Assembly (NCBI GenBank): GCA_963707865.1
Contig: OY970175.1
Location: 396,305-460,304, forward strand
Origin: an uncultured bacterium
GTDB lineage: Bacteria > Patescibacteriota > Minisyncoccia > UBA6257 > 2-01-FULL-56-20
Length of the DNA: 64,000 nt
Reading direction: 5' to 3'
The notes beneath the pieces were generated by a model. That model worked only from the letters and a program-made list of their open reading frames with translations. It made no database searches and was not told where the DNA came from. Shown in pieces: positions 26,608 through 36,416 of the stretch (positions within the stretch are counted from its first letter, which is position 1; the number at the start of each line of letters is the position of its first letter). The translations under genes were made by a program, and so were the position numbers.

Positions 26608-29600
26608 ATGAGCAATAAATTCGTCCACCTTCATACACACTCTCACTATTCCCTCCTCGACGGTCTCTCAAAGATTGACGACCTTGTAAAGCGCACAAAA
26701 GAGCTCGGCATGGATGCCGTTGCGCTCACCGACCATGGCGTGCTCTACGGTGCCGTGGAATTTTATAAATCGGCAAAAAAGAGCGGCATAAAGCCGATCC
26801 TCGGCGTGGAAACCTACGTAGCGCCCCGCGATCGATTCTCAAAAGAGGCCACCGAAAAGTATTACCACCTTGTCCTGCTCGCCGAAAACCAAACAGGGTG
26901 GAAAAATTTGATCAAGCTCGTTTCCAAGGCTCATTTGGAAGGTTTTTACTATCGCCCGCGCGTGGACAAAGATCTCCTGCACACGCACCACGAAGGAATC
27001 ATCGCGCTCTCGGCCTGTCTCGGCGGCGAGATCGGGCAAGCGCTTTTCGCCGGGCGACTCGACGAAGCAAAGCGGATCGCGCAGGACTATGAGGCGATCT
27101 TCGGCAAGGGAAATTATTTCTTGGAAATCCAAAAACACCCGCACATTCCCGAGTCGGAAAAGATAGAAGAAGGACTCATTGCACTTTCAAGAGAAACGGA
27201 CATCCCGCTCGTCGCCACCCAAGACAGCCACTATCTCCGCCCGGAGGACAACGAATACCACGACGTGCTCCTTGCCGTGCAAACCGGCAATAAATTGGCG
27301 GATGACGACCGCATGACCATGAAAATGGACGACTTCTCCCTGCCCTCGCCGGAAGCGATGGCGGAAAAATTCGCTGCGATGCCGGGCGGTACCGAAGCGC
27401 TTGAACGCACCGCAGAGATCGCGTCGCGATGCAACGTGGAGCTTGAATTGGGGAAAGTGCTCCTCCCCAGCTTCCCGAAGCCGGATGGGAAAACGGCCAG
27501 CGGCTACCTTCGCGAATTGATTGAGGAACGCTTGCAAAAAAAATTCCCGTCTGAGGCGGACACGAAGGAAGTGCGCGATCGCCTGGAATACGAATTGGGC
27601 GTCATTGAAAAAACGGGTTTTGCGAATTATTTTTTGATCGTCCAAGACCTCATCACGTGGGCCAAGGCGCACGGCATCGCCGTGGGACCTGGCAGAGGCT
27701 CGGCCGCTGGCAGCTTGGTCTCTTATGTCTTGGACATCACCGACCTTAATCCCCTCACCTACGGATTGCTCTTTGAACGGTTCCTGAATCCCGAACGTAT
27801 CCAAATGCCGGACATTGACATTGACTTTGCGGACGCGCGGCGGGACGAAGTGCTTGCCTACGCGCGCGAGAAGTACGGCGAGGACCGCGTAGCACGCATC
27901 ATCACATTCGGAACGATGGCGGCACGCGCGGCGATCCGCGATGCCGGCCGCGCCATGGGTTACTCCTATGCCTTCTGCGACCAGATCGCGAAACTGATCC
28001 CTTTCAATCCTACGCAGGGCATGAAGGAAGGATGGCTTGATGAATGCCTGGCACGGGTACAGGAATTGAAGGCGCTCTACGATACCAATCCCGAAGCAAA
28101 AAAACTGATCGACACCGCGCGCCATCTTGAGGGCGTCGCACGGCACGCGTCGGTCCACGCCTGCGGCACCGTGATCGCGAAAGAACCGCTTATGGAACGG
28201 GTGCCGTTACAGTTCGCCCCGCAGGAAAAAAACATCATTATTACCCAGTTTGAGATGCATGCAATCGAGGATCTCGGTCTTTTGAAAATCGATCTTCTTG
28301 GATTGAAAAACCTCACCATCATTGAAGATGCGATCCGCCTCGTAAAAGAACTGCGCGGTGAAACAGTAAATATTTCTCAAATACCGCTTGACGACAAGAA
28401 AACCTTTGCGCTGCTTCAGAAGGCCGATACGACCGGCGTGTTTCAATTTGAATCAAGTGGTATGCGACGTTACATGAAAGAAATCGGCCCTACGGTGTTG
28501 GAAGATCTCATTGCGTTGGTAGCGCTCTTCCGTCCAGGACCCATGGAGCTTATTCCTTCCTTCATCAAACGGAAGCACGGAGAAGAAAAAATCGCCTACC
28601 TGCATCCCAAGCTTGAACCCATCCTCAAGAACACCTACGGCATCGGCGTCTATCAAGAGCAAATGATGCAGATCGCCCGCGACCTTGCAGGCTACACACT
28701 CCCCGAAGCCGACACGTTGCGCAAGGCGATCGGCAAAAAAATAAAGTCGCTCTTGGACGAACAGGGCGCAAAACTCGTAAAAGGGATGCTGAAGAACGGT
28801 ATCCCCGAGAAGACGGCGAAAGCGATCTGGGAACTCTTCCCGCCATTCGCACGCTATGGCTTCAACCGGAGCCATGCAGCGTGCTATGCGCTCATCGGCT
28901 ACCAAACGGCATATCTAAAGGCGCACTATCCGGAAGAATTTACGGCAGCGCTTTTGAATGCCGAGGTGAGCGATATTGAGCGCATTTCGTTCTTCATCCA
29001 GGAAGCAAAGCAATCGGGCATTGATATTTTGCCGCCTGACATCAATAAGAGTTTCATGAGCTTCACGCCGGAAGGGGAAAAGATCCGTTTCGGGCTTGAA
29101 GCGGTAAAGAACGTCGGCTCTGAAATCACGAGGGCAATCATTGAGGAACGCACGCGCCGCGGGCCGTTCAAAAATTTTGAAGACGTCCTTATGCGCATCC
29201 AACATAAAGACCTGAATAAAAAATCTCTGGAAAGCCTTGTGAAAGCGGGCGCGTTTGACTCCCTTGGCATTGAGCGCAACCAGGCGCTCGCGAACATGGA
29301 CGATATTTTGCGTTTCGCGAATGCCGCAAGGAAGATGGGCAATCAAAACAGCGGCGGCTCGCTCTTTGGCGATACTATAGGAACGGCGGCGCTCAAATTG
29401 AAACCGGCCCCGCCCGCAACGAACGCCGAGAGGCTTGCGTGGGAAAAAGAGCTCATCGGCTTTTATCTTTCCGAGCATCCGCTCACGGCGCACGCGGAAA
29501 AACTGAAGGCCGCGGGGGTAAAACCGATCGCCGAACTGATAGCCATCAAAAACGAACGGCTCATCGTACGCACCGCGGGCGTCATCACGAAACTACGCAA

Positions 29601-29808
29601 GATTATCACGAAGAACGGCCAGCCGATGATCTTCGCGACGATTGAAGACGCCTCGCAAAAGCCGTTGGAGGTCGTGGTGTTCAATAGCGTTCTTGAAAAG
29701 ACCGCGCCCGCGTGGGTGATGAACGCCGCGATTATCGTCCAGGGGAGAATCTCGCCGCGCGACGGCGAGGCGAAGTTGATCTGCGACAACGCGAAGCGGC
29801 TTAGTTAG
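26608..29808 (+). CDS. dnaE: DNA polymerase III alpha subunit
   Basis: It has the PHP-domain N-terminus HLHTHSHYSLLDGLSKIDDLVKRTKELGMDAVALTDHG and is 1066 aa long. Confidence 0.9.
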   Translation: MSNKFVHLHTHSHYSLLDGLSKIDDLVKRTKELGMDAVALTDHGVLYGAVEFYKSAKKSGIKPILGVETYVAPRDRFSKEATEKYYHLVLLAENQTGWKNLIKLVSKAHLEGFYYRPRVDKDLLHTHHEGIIALSACLGGEIGQALFAGRLDEAKRIAQDYEAIFGKGNYFLEIQKHPHIPESEKIEEGLIALSRETDIPLVATQDSHYLRPEDNEYHDVLLAVQTGNKLADDDRMTMKMDDFSLPSPEAMAEKFAAMPGGTEALERTAEIASRCNVELELGKVLLPSFPKPDGKTASGYLRELIEERLQKKFPSEADTKEVRDRLEYELGVIEKTGFANYFLIVQDLITWAKAHGIAVGPGRGSAAGSLVSYVLDITDLNPLTYGLLFERFLNPERIQMPDIDIDFADARRDEVLAYAREKYGEDRVARIITFGTMAARAAIRDAGRAMGYSYAFCDQIAKLIPFNPTQGMKEGWLDECLARVQELKALYDTNPEAKKLIDTARHLEGVARHASVHACGTVIAKEPLMERVPLQFAPQEKNIIITQFEMHAIEDLGLLKIDLLGLKNLTIIEDAIRLVKELRGETVNISQIPLDDKKTFALLQKADTTGVFQFESSGMRRYMKEIGPTVLEDLIALVALFRPGPMELIPSFIKRKHGEEKIAYLHPKLEPILKNTYGIGVYQEQMMQIARDLAGYTLPEADTLRKAIGKKIKSLLDEQGAKLVKGMLKNGIPEKTAKAIWELFPPFARYGFNRSHAACYALIGYQTAYLKAHYPEEFTAALLNAEVSDIERISFFIQEAKQSGIDILPPDINKSFMSFTPEGEKIRFGLEAVKNVGSEITRAIIEERTRRGPFKNFEDVLMRIQHKDLNKKSLESLVKAGAFDSLGIERNQALANMDDILRFANAARKMGNQNSGGSLFGDTIGTAALKLKPAPPATNAERLAWEKELIGFYLSEHPLTAHAEKLKAAGVKPIAELIAIKNERLIVRTAGVITKLRKIITKNGQPMIFATIEDASQKPLEVVVFNSVLEKTAPAWVMNAAIIVQGRISPRDGEAKLICDNAKRLS

Positions 29809-30214
29809 ACCCCTTGTGCTGCAGGCCGCTGTGATATTTCGCGGGCCCGTGGGGCACGAGGACCGCAATCTCCACATACCAACCGAAGTCCAAGAGGTGT
29901 CGTTCCACGTCCCCTTTTAGCGCCGTTTGGTCATATCCCAAGGCGATCACGTCGGGACGGTAATTTCTTACCACTTCATAGGTGCCGAGCTGCGCATCGC
30001 CGGGGACGACGAGGTCGGCCAGTATTTCGGCTTTAAGCGCGTTAATTCTTGTCTCTAGGTTGCGGCGCGGCGGATGGTGTTTTAGCTGCCCCACAACCTC
30101 GTCCTGCGCAACGGCGACGATCAAACGGTCGCCGTATGCCCGCGCCTGCCTTAAAAACGCGCGATGGCCTTCGTGAATCCCATCAAATGTCCCAAACACC
30201 AAAACTTTCCGCAT
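29801..30214 (-). CDS. HxGH-motif nucleotidyltransferase (cytidylyl/adenylyltransferase-like)
   Basis: The N-terminus reads FGTFDGIHEGH. Confidence 0.55.
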   Translation of the reverse strand: MRKVLVFGTFDGIHEGHRAFLRQARAYGDRLIVAVAQDEVVGQLKHHPPRRNLETRINALKAEILADLVVPGDAQLGTYEVVRNYRPDVIALGYDQTALKGDVERHLLDFGWYVEIAVLVPHGPAKYHSGLQHKGSN

Positions 30215-30223
30215 GTGGGGACG

Positions 30224-31693
30224 TTATTTCTTCAGCCGCATGAGCGGGAAAAACACACATTCGCGCATCGGCCGATCCATAAGCACCGCAAAGAGCCGCT
30301 CAGAAACGCCGAGTCCGCCCGCGGGCGGCATGCCATACGAAAGCGCTTCCAAAAAATCCTCGTCCAAAAATTGTGCTTCTCTGTCCCCCGCCGCTCGAAG
30401 CTCCATCTGCTCTTCAAAACGCACGCGCTGGTCAATCGGGTCGTTCAGCTCCGAGAAACCCTTGCCGAGCTCCGTGCCCACAGCCATAATTTGGAACCGT
30501 TCCACCACGTTTGGATTCCCGGGTTTGCGCTTCGCAAGCGGTTCGATCGCGACCGGCGGATCTACGAGGAAACACGGCTCAACTAAGTGAGGACGCACAG
30601 TTTTTTTGTAGATAAGATCAATAAGGCGCCCCTTGCCCAGATTCTTTTCCGGCTCAAGTTTCAATTCCTTTGCCTTCTTGAACAACGCGTCGCGCGTCGC
30701 AGCGGCCGGATCAATGCCGTTCGCGGCTTTGAACGCTTCAACGTAATCCACTTTCTTCCATTTTTTTGACCAGTCAATCTTTTTGCCGAGGTACTCCGTC
30801 GCAAGCCCGCCGCATGTTTTTTTAATAACTTCCTTATAAACTTTTTCGGTAAGCTCCATTGTGTCGTTATAGTCGCGGTACGCCCAATAGAACTCCAGTT
30901 GGGTGTAATCTTGTAGGTGCTCGCGATCAATGCCTTCGTTCCTAAAAATGTGGCCGATCTCAAAAACCTTTTCAAAACCGCCCACAAGGAGCCGCTTCAG
31001 CGGCAATTCCAACGAAATTCTCAAATAAAAATCCGTATCCAGCGCGTTGTGATGTGTTTTGAACGGTTCCGCTTCCGCGCCGCCCGGCAGCTGCTCCAAA
31101 ACCGGCGTTTCCACCTCCAAAAATCCCTCTTGTTTCAATGCGTTCCGAAACGTTTCCCAAAACACCGTCTTCTTCCTAAACAGCTCCCGTAGCTCAGGTG
31201 TCGCGATAAGATCAAGATATCGCTTCCGCAAACGAACCTCTGGATCTTCAAGTCCCTCCCACTTATCCGGCAACGGCAATAAACTTTTCGCCGCCATCGC
31301 GAGCCCCTGCGCTTCCAAACTTTTCTCGCCGCGCTTCGTGGTAAAGAGAACACCCGTCACCGAAATAAAATCGCCGATGTCCAGAACCGATCGCCAGAAC
31401 TCCAAACCGCGCGCGTCCTTGAGCGCATCTTCCTTCAAAACAACCTGAATCTTCCCACTCTCGTCTTCTAAGTCAACGAATGCGATCTTCCCCTGATCGC
31501 GCAGACTCCGCAACCGTCCCGCGAGCGAAACGCTCTTCTTTGATTTCTCCAGCTCCTCAAAATCACGAAGGGCCTCCGCGATCACAAACGTCCGCACCAC
31601 CCGCGCCGGATAAGGATCTATCCCCGCCTTTCGTAAAAGTTCCAGTTTCTTCTGCCGCTCCTTGATAATATCTTCCAGCATCCTTTCCATCAT
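30224..31693 (-). CDS. lysS: lysyl-tRNA synthetase (class II)
   Basis: It contains the class II motifs FRNEGIDREHLQDYTQLEFYWAY and GGLGVSERLF. Confidence 0.9.
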   Translation of the reverse strand: MMERMLEDIIKERQKKLELLRKAGIDPYPARVVRTFVIAEALRDFEELEKSKKSVSLAGRLRSLRDQGKIAFVDLEDESGKIQVVLKEDALKDARGLEFWRSVLDIGDFISVTGVLFTTKRGEKSLEAQGLAMAAKSLLPLPDKWEGLEDPEVRLRKRYLDLIATPELRELFRKKTVFWETFRNALKQEGFLEVETPVLEQLPGGAEAEPFKTHHNALDTDFYLRISLELPLKRLLVGGFEKVFEIGHIFRNEGIDREHLQDYTQLEFYWAYRDYNDTMELTEKVYKEVIKKTCGGLATEYLGKKIDWSKKWKKVDYVEAFKAANGIDPAAATRDALFKKAKELKLEPEKNLGKGRLIDLIYKKTVRPHLVEPCFLVDPPVAIEPLAKRKPGNPNVVERFQIMAVGTELGKGFSELNDPIDQRVRFEEQMELRAAGDREAQFLDEDFLEALSYGMPPAGGLGVSERLFAVLMDRPMRECVFFPLMRLKK

Positions 31694-31771
31694 ACCACTG
31701 ATTTAAAAATTTTTTAATGACCCGCATGAAATGATATCTGGATAAGCTACGAAAAGGAAAAATGCGCGGCA

Positions 31772-32218
31772 ATGCAGCGCTACAGAAGGATTGAGCGAAT
31801 ATGGTGTCCCGCGCTTCGAGAATATGTTGTGTTCAACAGAATCGGATTTCAGCATCTCGTTCGCGGGGGAAGCGTCCAACGGCCAAAAAGCGAGCAAAAA
31901 CGAAGATTCAAATTAATTCCTTACATAACGGACATCCTTACCGATCCGAACGCCAGTATCACTGAAAAAGAAGGGACTATCAAACACCAAATGAAAATCC
32001 GAGGAGAGAAAATCCCCGTGGCATCGCCGGCACATTTCTGGGTATTCACCAATCGGCGTAATGGGCAAACAATCAAGCTCGTAGTCAGGCAATTCAACGG
32101 CAAAGAAAAACATTTTCTTAGCATTTATGCTAAAAAACCCTCCAAAAATGAAGGGTTCCTTAGCATGCCTGCTGTCGACAATGAAACATCGACAGGGACA
32201 ACCGCCCCGCAGGCATAG
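31772..32218 (+). CDS. hypothetical protein
   Basis: The ORF has moderate coding bias and no recognisable motif. Confidence 0.35.
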   Translation: MQRYRRIERIWCPALREYVVFNRIGFQHLVRGGSVQRPKSEQKRRFKLIPYITDILTDPNASITEKEGTIKHQMKIRGEKIPVASPAHFWVFTNRRNGQTIKLVVRQFNGKEKHFLSIYAKKPSKNEGFLSMPAVDNETSTGTTAPQA

Positions 32219-32282
32219 TTTTATATTAGGACACCGTATCCTAAAGTCAAATATCTTTTAAGAATTTTTTAATGAAAATCAA

Positions 32283-32520
32283 GCGCACAGGCCTGGATTC
32301 GAACGGAGGAATAAGCGTCCCTTTCCACTTTTGGGAAATCTAGCGGAGTGGCGAGGAAAATCAACGGGGCATAAGCTGCCTGCCCGCCTTTGCGAACCGT
32401 GCGGAGGCCGAGCTAAAAATCCGCGAGCGAAAAGAAAATCCGCCGGGTGCCCCCGCCGAAGGCGAGAGGGTGGCAGATTTTCGTTGCGAGCGGGTTCCGA
32501 AAAAGCGGAAGGGGTGCTTA
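32283..32520 (+). repeat. repeat family A, long copy A (head motif + core), 3' end overlaps greA stop
   Basis: It has the head motif GCGCACAGGCCTGGATTCGAAC, and its core shares the sequence cccccgccgaaggcgagagggtggca...gggttccgaaaaagcggaagggg.gcttattctatc with copies B and C. Confidence 0.65.
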
Positions 32521-32976
32521 TTCTATCTTCACGATCTCATACGTCGCCGCCCCTGCCGGCGTCGCAACCTCCACCGTCTCCCCCACTTTTTTCTTTAAAA
32601 ACGCCTTGCCGAGCGGCGATTCGTCGGAGATGCGACCCTCCTCCGGCTTCGCTTCATACGAACCGACAATGGTGTACGCCACAGTTTTCTCCCCCCGCCG
32701 CGCTGTTACAGTAGAACCAACGGTTACGGTGTCGCTCCCTTCCGTTTTTTTAATTGTCACCGCCTGTTTCAAAAGATCCTCAAGCTCGGCGATCCGCGTT
32801 TCCACGTTCGCCTGTTCCTCGCGCGCTTCGGCATACTCCGAGTTCTCGGAAAGGTCGCCGTATTCCTTCGCCTGCTTCAAACGTTCGGCCACTTCCACGC
32901 GCTTTTTACTTTTGAGTTTTTCCAGCTCCTCCGCAAATTCTTCAAAGCGCTCTTTCGTAAGATATTGTTTCGTCAT
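32518..32976 (-). CDS. greA: transcription elongation factor GreA
   Basis: It has a coiled-coil N-terminus and the C-terminal domain GSTVTARRGEKTVAYTIVGSYEA. Confidence 0.85.
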   Translation of the reverse strand: MTKQYLTKERFEEFAEELEKLKSKKRVEVAERLKQAKEYGDLSENSEYAEAREEQANVETRIAELEDLLKQAVTIKKTEGSDTVTVGSTVTARRGEKTVAYTIVGSYEAKPEEGRISDESPLGKAFLKKKVGETVEVATPAGAATYEIVKIE

Positions 32977-32999
32977 TGTTAATAGCTACTAAGGATACA

Positions 33000-33728
33000 C
33001 TACTTGTATTTTCCTGTCCACAACCACCAACGAACTCTTGCCATATCCCGCAAAAACTGCACACCGCCCGAGAATTTTACATGCGAACTGGCATCGTTCA
33101 CCCAATGGACAGGCACTTGCGCGATTTTATATCCCATCGTCTTTGCAAGCGCAAGCGCCTCAAAATCAAATCCCCAACCGGGGAGCTGCGATTTTTCGAA
33201 CACTTTCATCGCAGCGTCTGCCGTAAACGCCTTAAAACCGCACTGGGTATCCCAAATGCCCGGGAGGAGCAGGAGCTGGACGAGGAGATTCAACGCCTTC
33301 CCGATAAGCTGGCGCCACCATGGTTCCGGAGGGTCAAGTTTGGCACCTGCGACCGCCCGCGAGCCAATCACCACTTCATATCCTTCTTTAAAGAGCGGGA
33401 TCATCTGATCAAACTGGTCAATAGAAGTAGAGTTATCAGCATCGGTAAAAAGCCGGATAGTGCCGCTTGCAAGGAGCATCCCCTGCCGCACGACACCTCC
33501 TTTGCCCTTATTCTCTACGTTGTCTATAAGTTTCAAATTCCTCACAAGCTTTTTCATCTTCTCCACAACCTCCGCCGTGTTGTCTTTTGAACCATCGTTC
33601 ACCACCAAAATCTCATACGAATATGCGGGGTGTTCCAAACGTCTGCCGATATCAAGCAACGTTTTTGGGAGCCGCTCCGCCTCGTTGTAGGCCGGTACGA
33701 TGATGGAAAGATAAGGTTGTGCCATTGT
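33000..33728 (-). CDS. family 2 glycosyltransferase (Dpm1-like)
   Basis: It begins LSIIVPAYNEAERLPKTL and contains VNDGSKDNT. The start was trimmed to MAQPYL to remove overlap with map. Confidence 0.7.
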   Translation of the reverse strand, partial: TMAQPYLSIIVPAYNEAERLPKTLLDIGRRLEHPAYSYEILVVNDGSKDNTAEVVEKMKKLVRNLKLIDNVENKGKGGVVRQGMLLASGTIRLFTDADNSTSIDQFDQMIPLFKEGYEVVIGSRAVAGAKLDPPEPWWRQLIGKALNLLVQLLLLPGIWDTQCGFKAFTADAAMKVFEKSQLPGWGFDFEALALAKTMGYKIAQVPVHWVNDASSHVKFSGGVQFLRDMARVRWWLWTGKYK

Positions 33729-33747
33729 TGGAAAATTATAGCATGAA

Positions 33748-34503
33748 TCAGACAGTGAGAATCCACGGGCCGTTCTTGGTGACCGCCACGGTATGCTCAA
33801 AATGCGCCGCGAGCGATCCGTCGGCTGTGGCCCAGCTCTCGTCGCGCAATTGTTTGAGGGGGGAATTACCAAGCACGAGCATCGGCTCTATCGCAAGCAC
33901 TATGCCCTCCTGCAGTTCTTCGCCTTCTCCCTTACGGCCCACATTGAGCACGGTCGGATCTTCGTGGAGCGAGCGGCCGATACCGTGTCCCGTAAGTCCG
34001 TCCGCAACGCTGCACCTATTCTTTTTTGCCGTCTTTTCTACTGTGTAACCGATGTCGCCCAATGTCTTGCCAATCCTTACCTCCGAAATCGCAGCGCGGA
34101 GCGCTTCTTTTGTGGTCACAACGAGCCGCTCCGCCTCCTTGCCGACCTTCCCTACTGCCACGGTAAGCGCCGCGTCAAGATAAAATCCTTTGTACAAAAG
34201 ACCGAGATCCAGTTTCACGAGATCGCCATCTTTCACAACGTAATCGGCTGGCTGGCCATGCACAACGACATCGTTCAACGAAGTACAGAGCGAATACGGA
34301 TAGGCACGGCGCGCGCCGGCGGGCCGATAGTGCAAAAACGCCGGCTTCGCTCCGGATGTATGGATGAGTTGATACGCCAGCCGGTCAAGGTGCTTCGTCG
34401 TTACGCCCGCACGCGTTTCTTCCGCGAGACGTCGTAGCACCTCTCCAAGCCGCCGACCGCCTTCCGCCATCACCTCAATCTCTTCAGGCGTCTTGAGGAT
34501 CAT
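33748..34503 (-). CDS. map: methionine aminopeptidase type I
   Basis: Pita-bread fold metal-ligand motifs are present (DLVKLDLG, GHGIG, EPM). Confidence 0.85.
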   Translation of the reverse strand: MILKTPEEIEVMAEGGRRLGEVLRRLAEETRAGVTTKHLDRLAYQLIHTSGAKPAFLHYRPAGARRAYPYSLCTSLNDVVVHGQPADYVVKDGDLVKLDLGLLYKGFYLDAALTVAVGKVGKEAERLVVTTKEALRAAISEVRIGKTLGDIGYTVEKTAKKNRCSVADGLTGHGIGRSLHEDPTVLNVGRKGEGEELQEGIVLAIEPMLVLGNSPLKQLRDESWATADGSLAAHFEHTVAVTKNGPWILTV

Positions 34504-35098
34504 ATTTGTTTACGGCCGCAGCGATCCTTTTCCAAACCTCGGCCCGAGTTCCCAAGCCAGAGATCTTTTTAAAGACGTATTTCTTTTTAAAGAACGCCAC
34601 CACGCGCGTAACCTGCTCTGCATAATACCGTCTCCGGTTTTTGATCGCCCGTTCCCGATCATCGCTCCGCTTTATCAGTTTTCCTCCTGCGTATTCCCTC
34701 CGTTTTTCCGCCCGCTTTATAGTTTCAGACATCGGAACGCTCAAATAAATGACCTTCGGATCGCTTCGCTTATGCTGCCTGAGCAATCTTGCAACCAGCT
34801 TTGCTTCTCCGATCATTTTTGGAGTGCCATCGAAAAGAATGCCCTGCCCGCGAGGAACGGCGCGGATGACATGCCGGTGAATGTCCCGCACGAGCCATGT
34901 GGGAGTGAGCTTTCCCATGCCAGCGGTCCGCGCATAGTCAAACCTCCTCCGCACCGTGGGCTTCCTCAATTCCCGTCCCATATCAAAATCATAAAAGCTA
35001 TACTTCTTCACAAGGCGGGCTGCTTGCGTCGCTTTTCCGGACGCCGGATCCCCCAGCAAAATAAGATTAAAAGGTTTTTTGCTCGTACTTTTGTTCAT
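34484..35098 (-). CDS. adk: adenylate kinase paralog 2 (short, no lid zinc motif)
   Basis: It has the P-loop LLGDPASGKATQA. The start was trimmed to MNKSTSKK. Confidence 0.7.
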   Translation of the reverse strand: MNKSTSKKPFNLILLGDPASGKATQAARLVKKYSFYDFDMGRELRKPTVRRRFDYARTAGMGKLTPTWLVRDIHRHVIRAVPRGQGILFDGTPKMIGEAKLVARLLRQHKRSDPKVIYLSVPMSETIKRAEKRREYAGGKLIKRSDDRERAIKNRRRYYAEQVTRVVAFFKKKYVFKKISGLGTRAEVWKRIAAAVNKYDPQDA

Positions 35099-35681
35099 GC
35101 GCGTGCGCACCCGCGATCCCCAGCGCGGCATCAATGTTCTTCTCGATCTCTTCGATTGAAGGTCGCCCGTCAACTGCAATAAAAGTTGTCTCTTTCTTCA
35201 AATACTCTGTCATTGGCACCGTCGCCTCCTCATAGGCGCGGAGGCGCTCATTGATGCCTTCGGGCGTGTCGTCCGCCCTCCCCTCCTTTTGGGCACGGAG
35301 CAACAACCGTTTGAAGGTTTCCTCCCTCGGCAGGTCCAGAAAAACAGTCAAAGGTTTTTTCCTGTTCTGGCTTTTGAGAAAACCGATCAAAAACTCCGCC
35401 TGCCCAATCCGCCTCGGAATACCGTCAAAAACGATTCCCTGGTCGGCAGGAATGGTCGCGAGCTTAGCCTTCGCAACTTCAATAATGAGCTCGTCGGAAA
35501 GCAACACTCCCTGGTCAATGACGGAAATCTTTTTAGCGAGAGGAGTATCTCCCGCTCTTATCTCCCGGAGGATCCCACCCATCTCCCAAAACAAAAATCC
35601 CAGCTTCTCCGCCAGTAATTTTCCCTGCGTCCCCTTCCCCGATCCCTGCGGGCCGAGGACAAGTACGGTGTCAAAATCCAT
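35067..35681 (-). CDS. adk: adenylate kinase paralog 1
   Basis: It has the P-loop LVLGPQGSGKGTQG and the NMP-binding region GGILRE. Confidence 0.8.
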   Translation of the reverse strand: MDFDTVLVLGPQGSGKGTQGKLLAEKLGFLFWEMGGILREIRAGDTPLAKKISVIDQGVLLSDELIIEVAKAKLATIPADQGIVFDGIPRRIGQAEFLIGFLKSQNRKKPLTVFLDLPREETFKRLLLRAQKEGRADDTPEGINERLRAYEEATVPMTEYLKKETTFIAVDGRPSIEEIEKNIDAALGIAGAHAHEQKYEQKTF

Positions 35682-35696
35682 GTTACTATCATAAAG

Positions 35697-36413
35697 ATGA
35701 ATGTGGTTCCCGTCAAAACCCGCATCTTTAAGGAAGGAGATGACCTCCTCGCCTTCATACGAAAATACGTGAAGACGCTCCCCGAGCGGTCGCTTCTCGT
35801 CGTCACGTCAAAGATCGTCGCGCTCGCCGAAGGCCGAAGCGCAATCGCAAAAACGGAACGGGAAAAGGGGCGGCTCATCAAACAAGAAAGCGAGTGGGCC
35901 ATGCGCACCAAATATGTCTGGCTTACCATCCGCGACAGGATGGTGATGGCGTCGGCGGGTATTGACGAGTCCAACGGGAACGGAAAACTAATCCTTCTGC
36001 CAAAAGACAGCTTTGCCGCCGCCGCGCACATGCGAAAGCAATTGCAAAAGCACTATGGCGTGAAAAAACTCGGCGTGATCGTGAGCGACAGCCGCGCCTT
36101 TCCGCTCCGCAGCGGCATCGTGGGCGTCGCATTGGGCTACGCAGGATTTAAGGGCATAAAGAACTATTGCGGGAAACCCGACATCTTTGGCCGTAAGTTT
36201 CTATTTTCCAAGGTAGATATCGCCGACAGCCTCGCGACCGCCGCGGTCCTCACGATGGGTGAGGGCAACGAACGCCAGCCGCTCGCCGTCATCAAAGATC
36301 CTCCCGTGCAATTTGTGAATCGCATCTCCCGCCACGAACTGGAAATAAACCTCGCCGACGACCTCTACCAGCCATTCTTTGAGAACATCAAAACGTTGCA
36401 CTTGAAGAAGTGA
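35697..36413 (+). CDS. CofE-like (F420-0:gamma-glutamyl ligase family) protein
   Basis: It contains VVTSKIVALAEGR and a Gly-rich core typical of the CofE/FbiB N-domain family. Confidence 0.55.
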   Translation: MNVVPVKTRIFKEGDDLLAFIRKYVKTLPERSLLVVTSKIVALAEGRSAIAKTEREKGRLIKQESEWAMRTKYVWLTIRDRMVMASAGIDESNGNGKLILLPKDSFAAAAHMRKQLQKHYGVKKLGVIVSDSRAFPLRSGIVGVALGYAGFKGIKNYCGKPDIFGRKFLFSKVDIADSLATAAVLTMGEGNERQPLAVIKDPPVQFVNRISRHELEINLADDLYQPFFENIKTLHLKK

Positions 36414-36416
36414 GCA

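Noticed and set aside
32283-32306. GGATTCGAAC-containing head motifs looked like minus-strand tRNA 3' halves (T-arm)
   Set aside because: The flanking bases cannot form a T-stem or acceptor stem and there is no matching 5' half. They are repeat-element heads, not tRNA genes or tRNA fragments.
32447-32992. ORFs beginning PPPKARGWQIFV on the plus strand at 32447, 37721 and 51324
   Set aside because: The conserved peptide is a by-product of the conserved nucleotide core of repeat family A. These ORFs run antisense through greA, secY and rpsJ-adjacent sequence and have no coding-like continuation in common.
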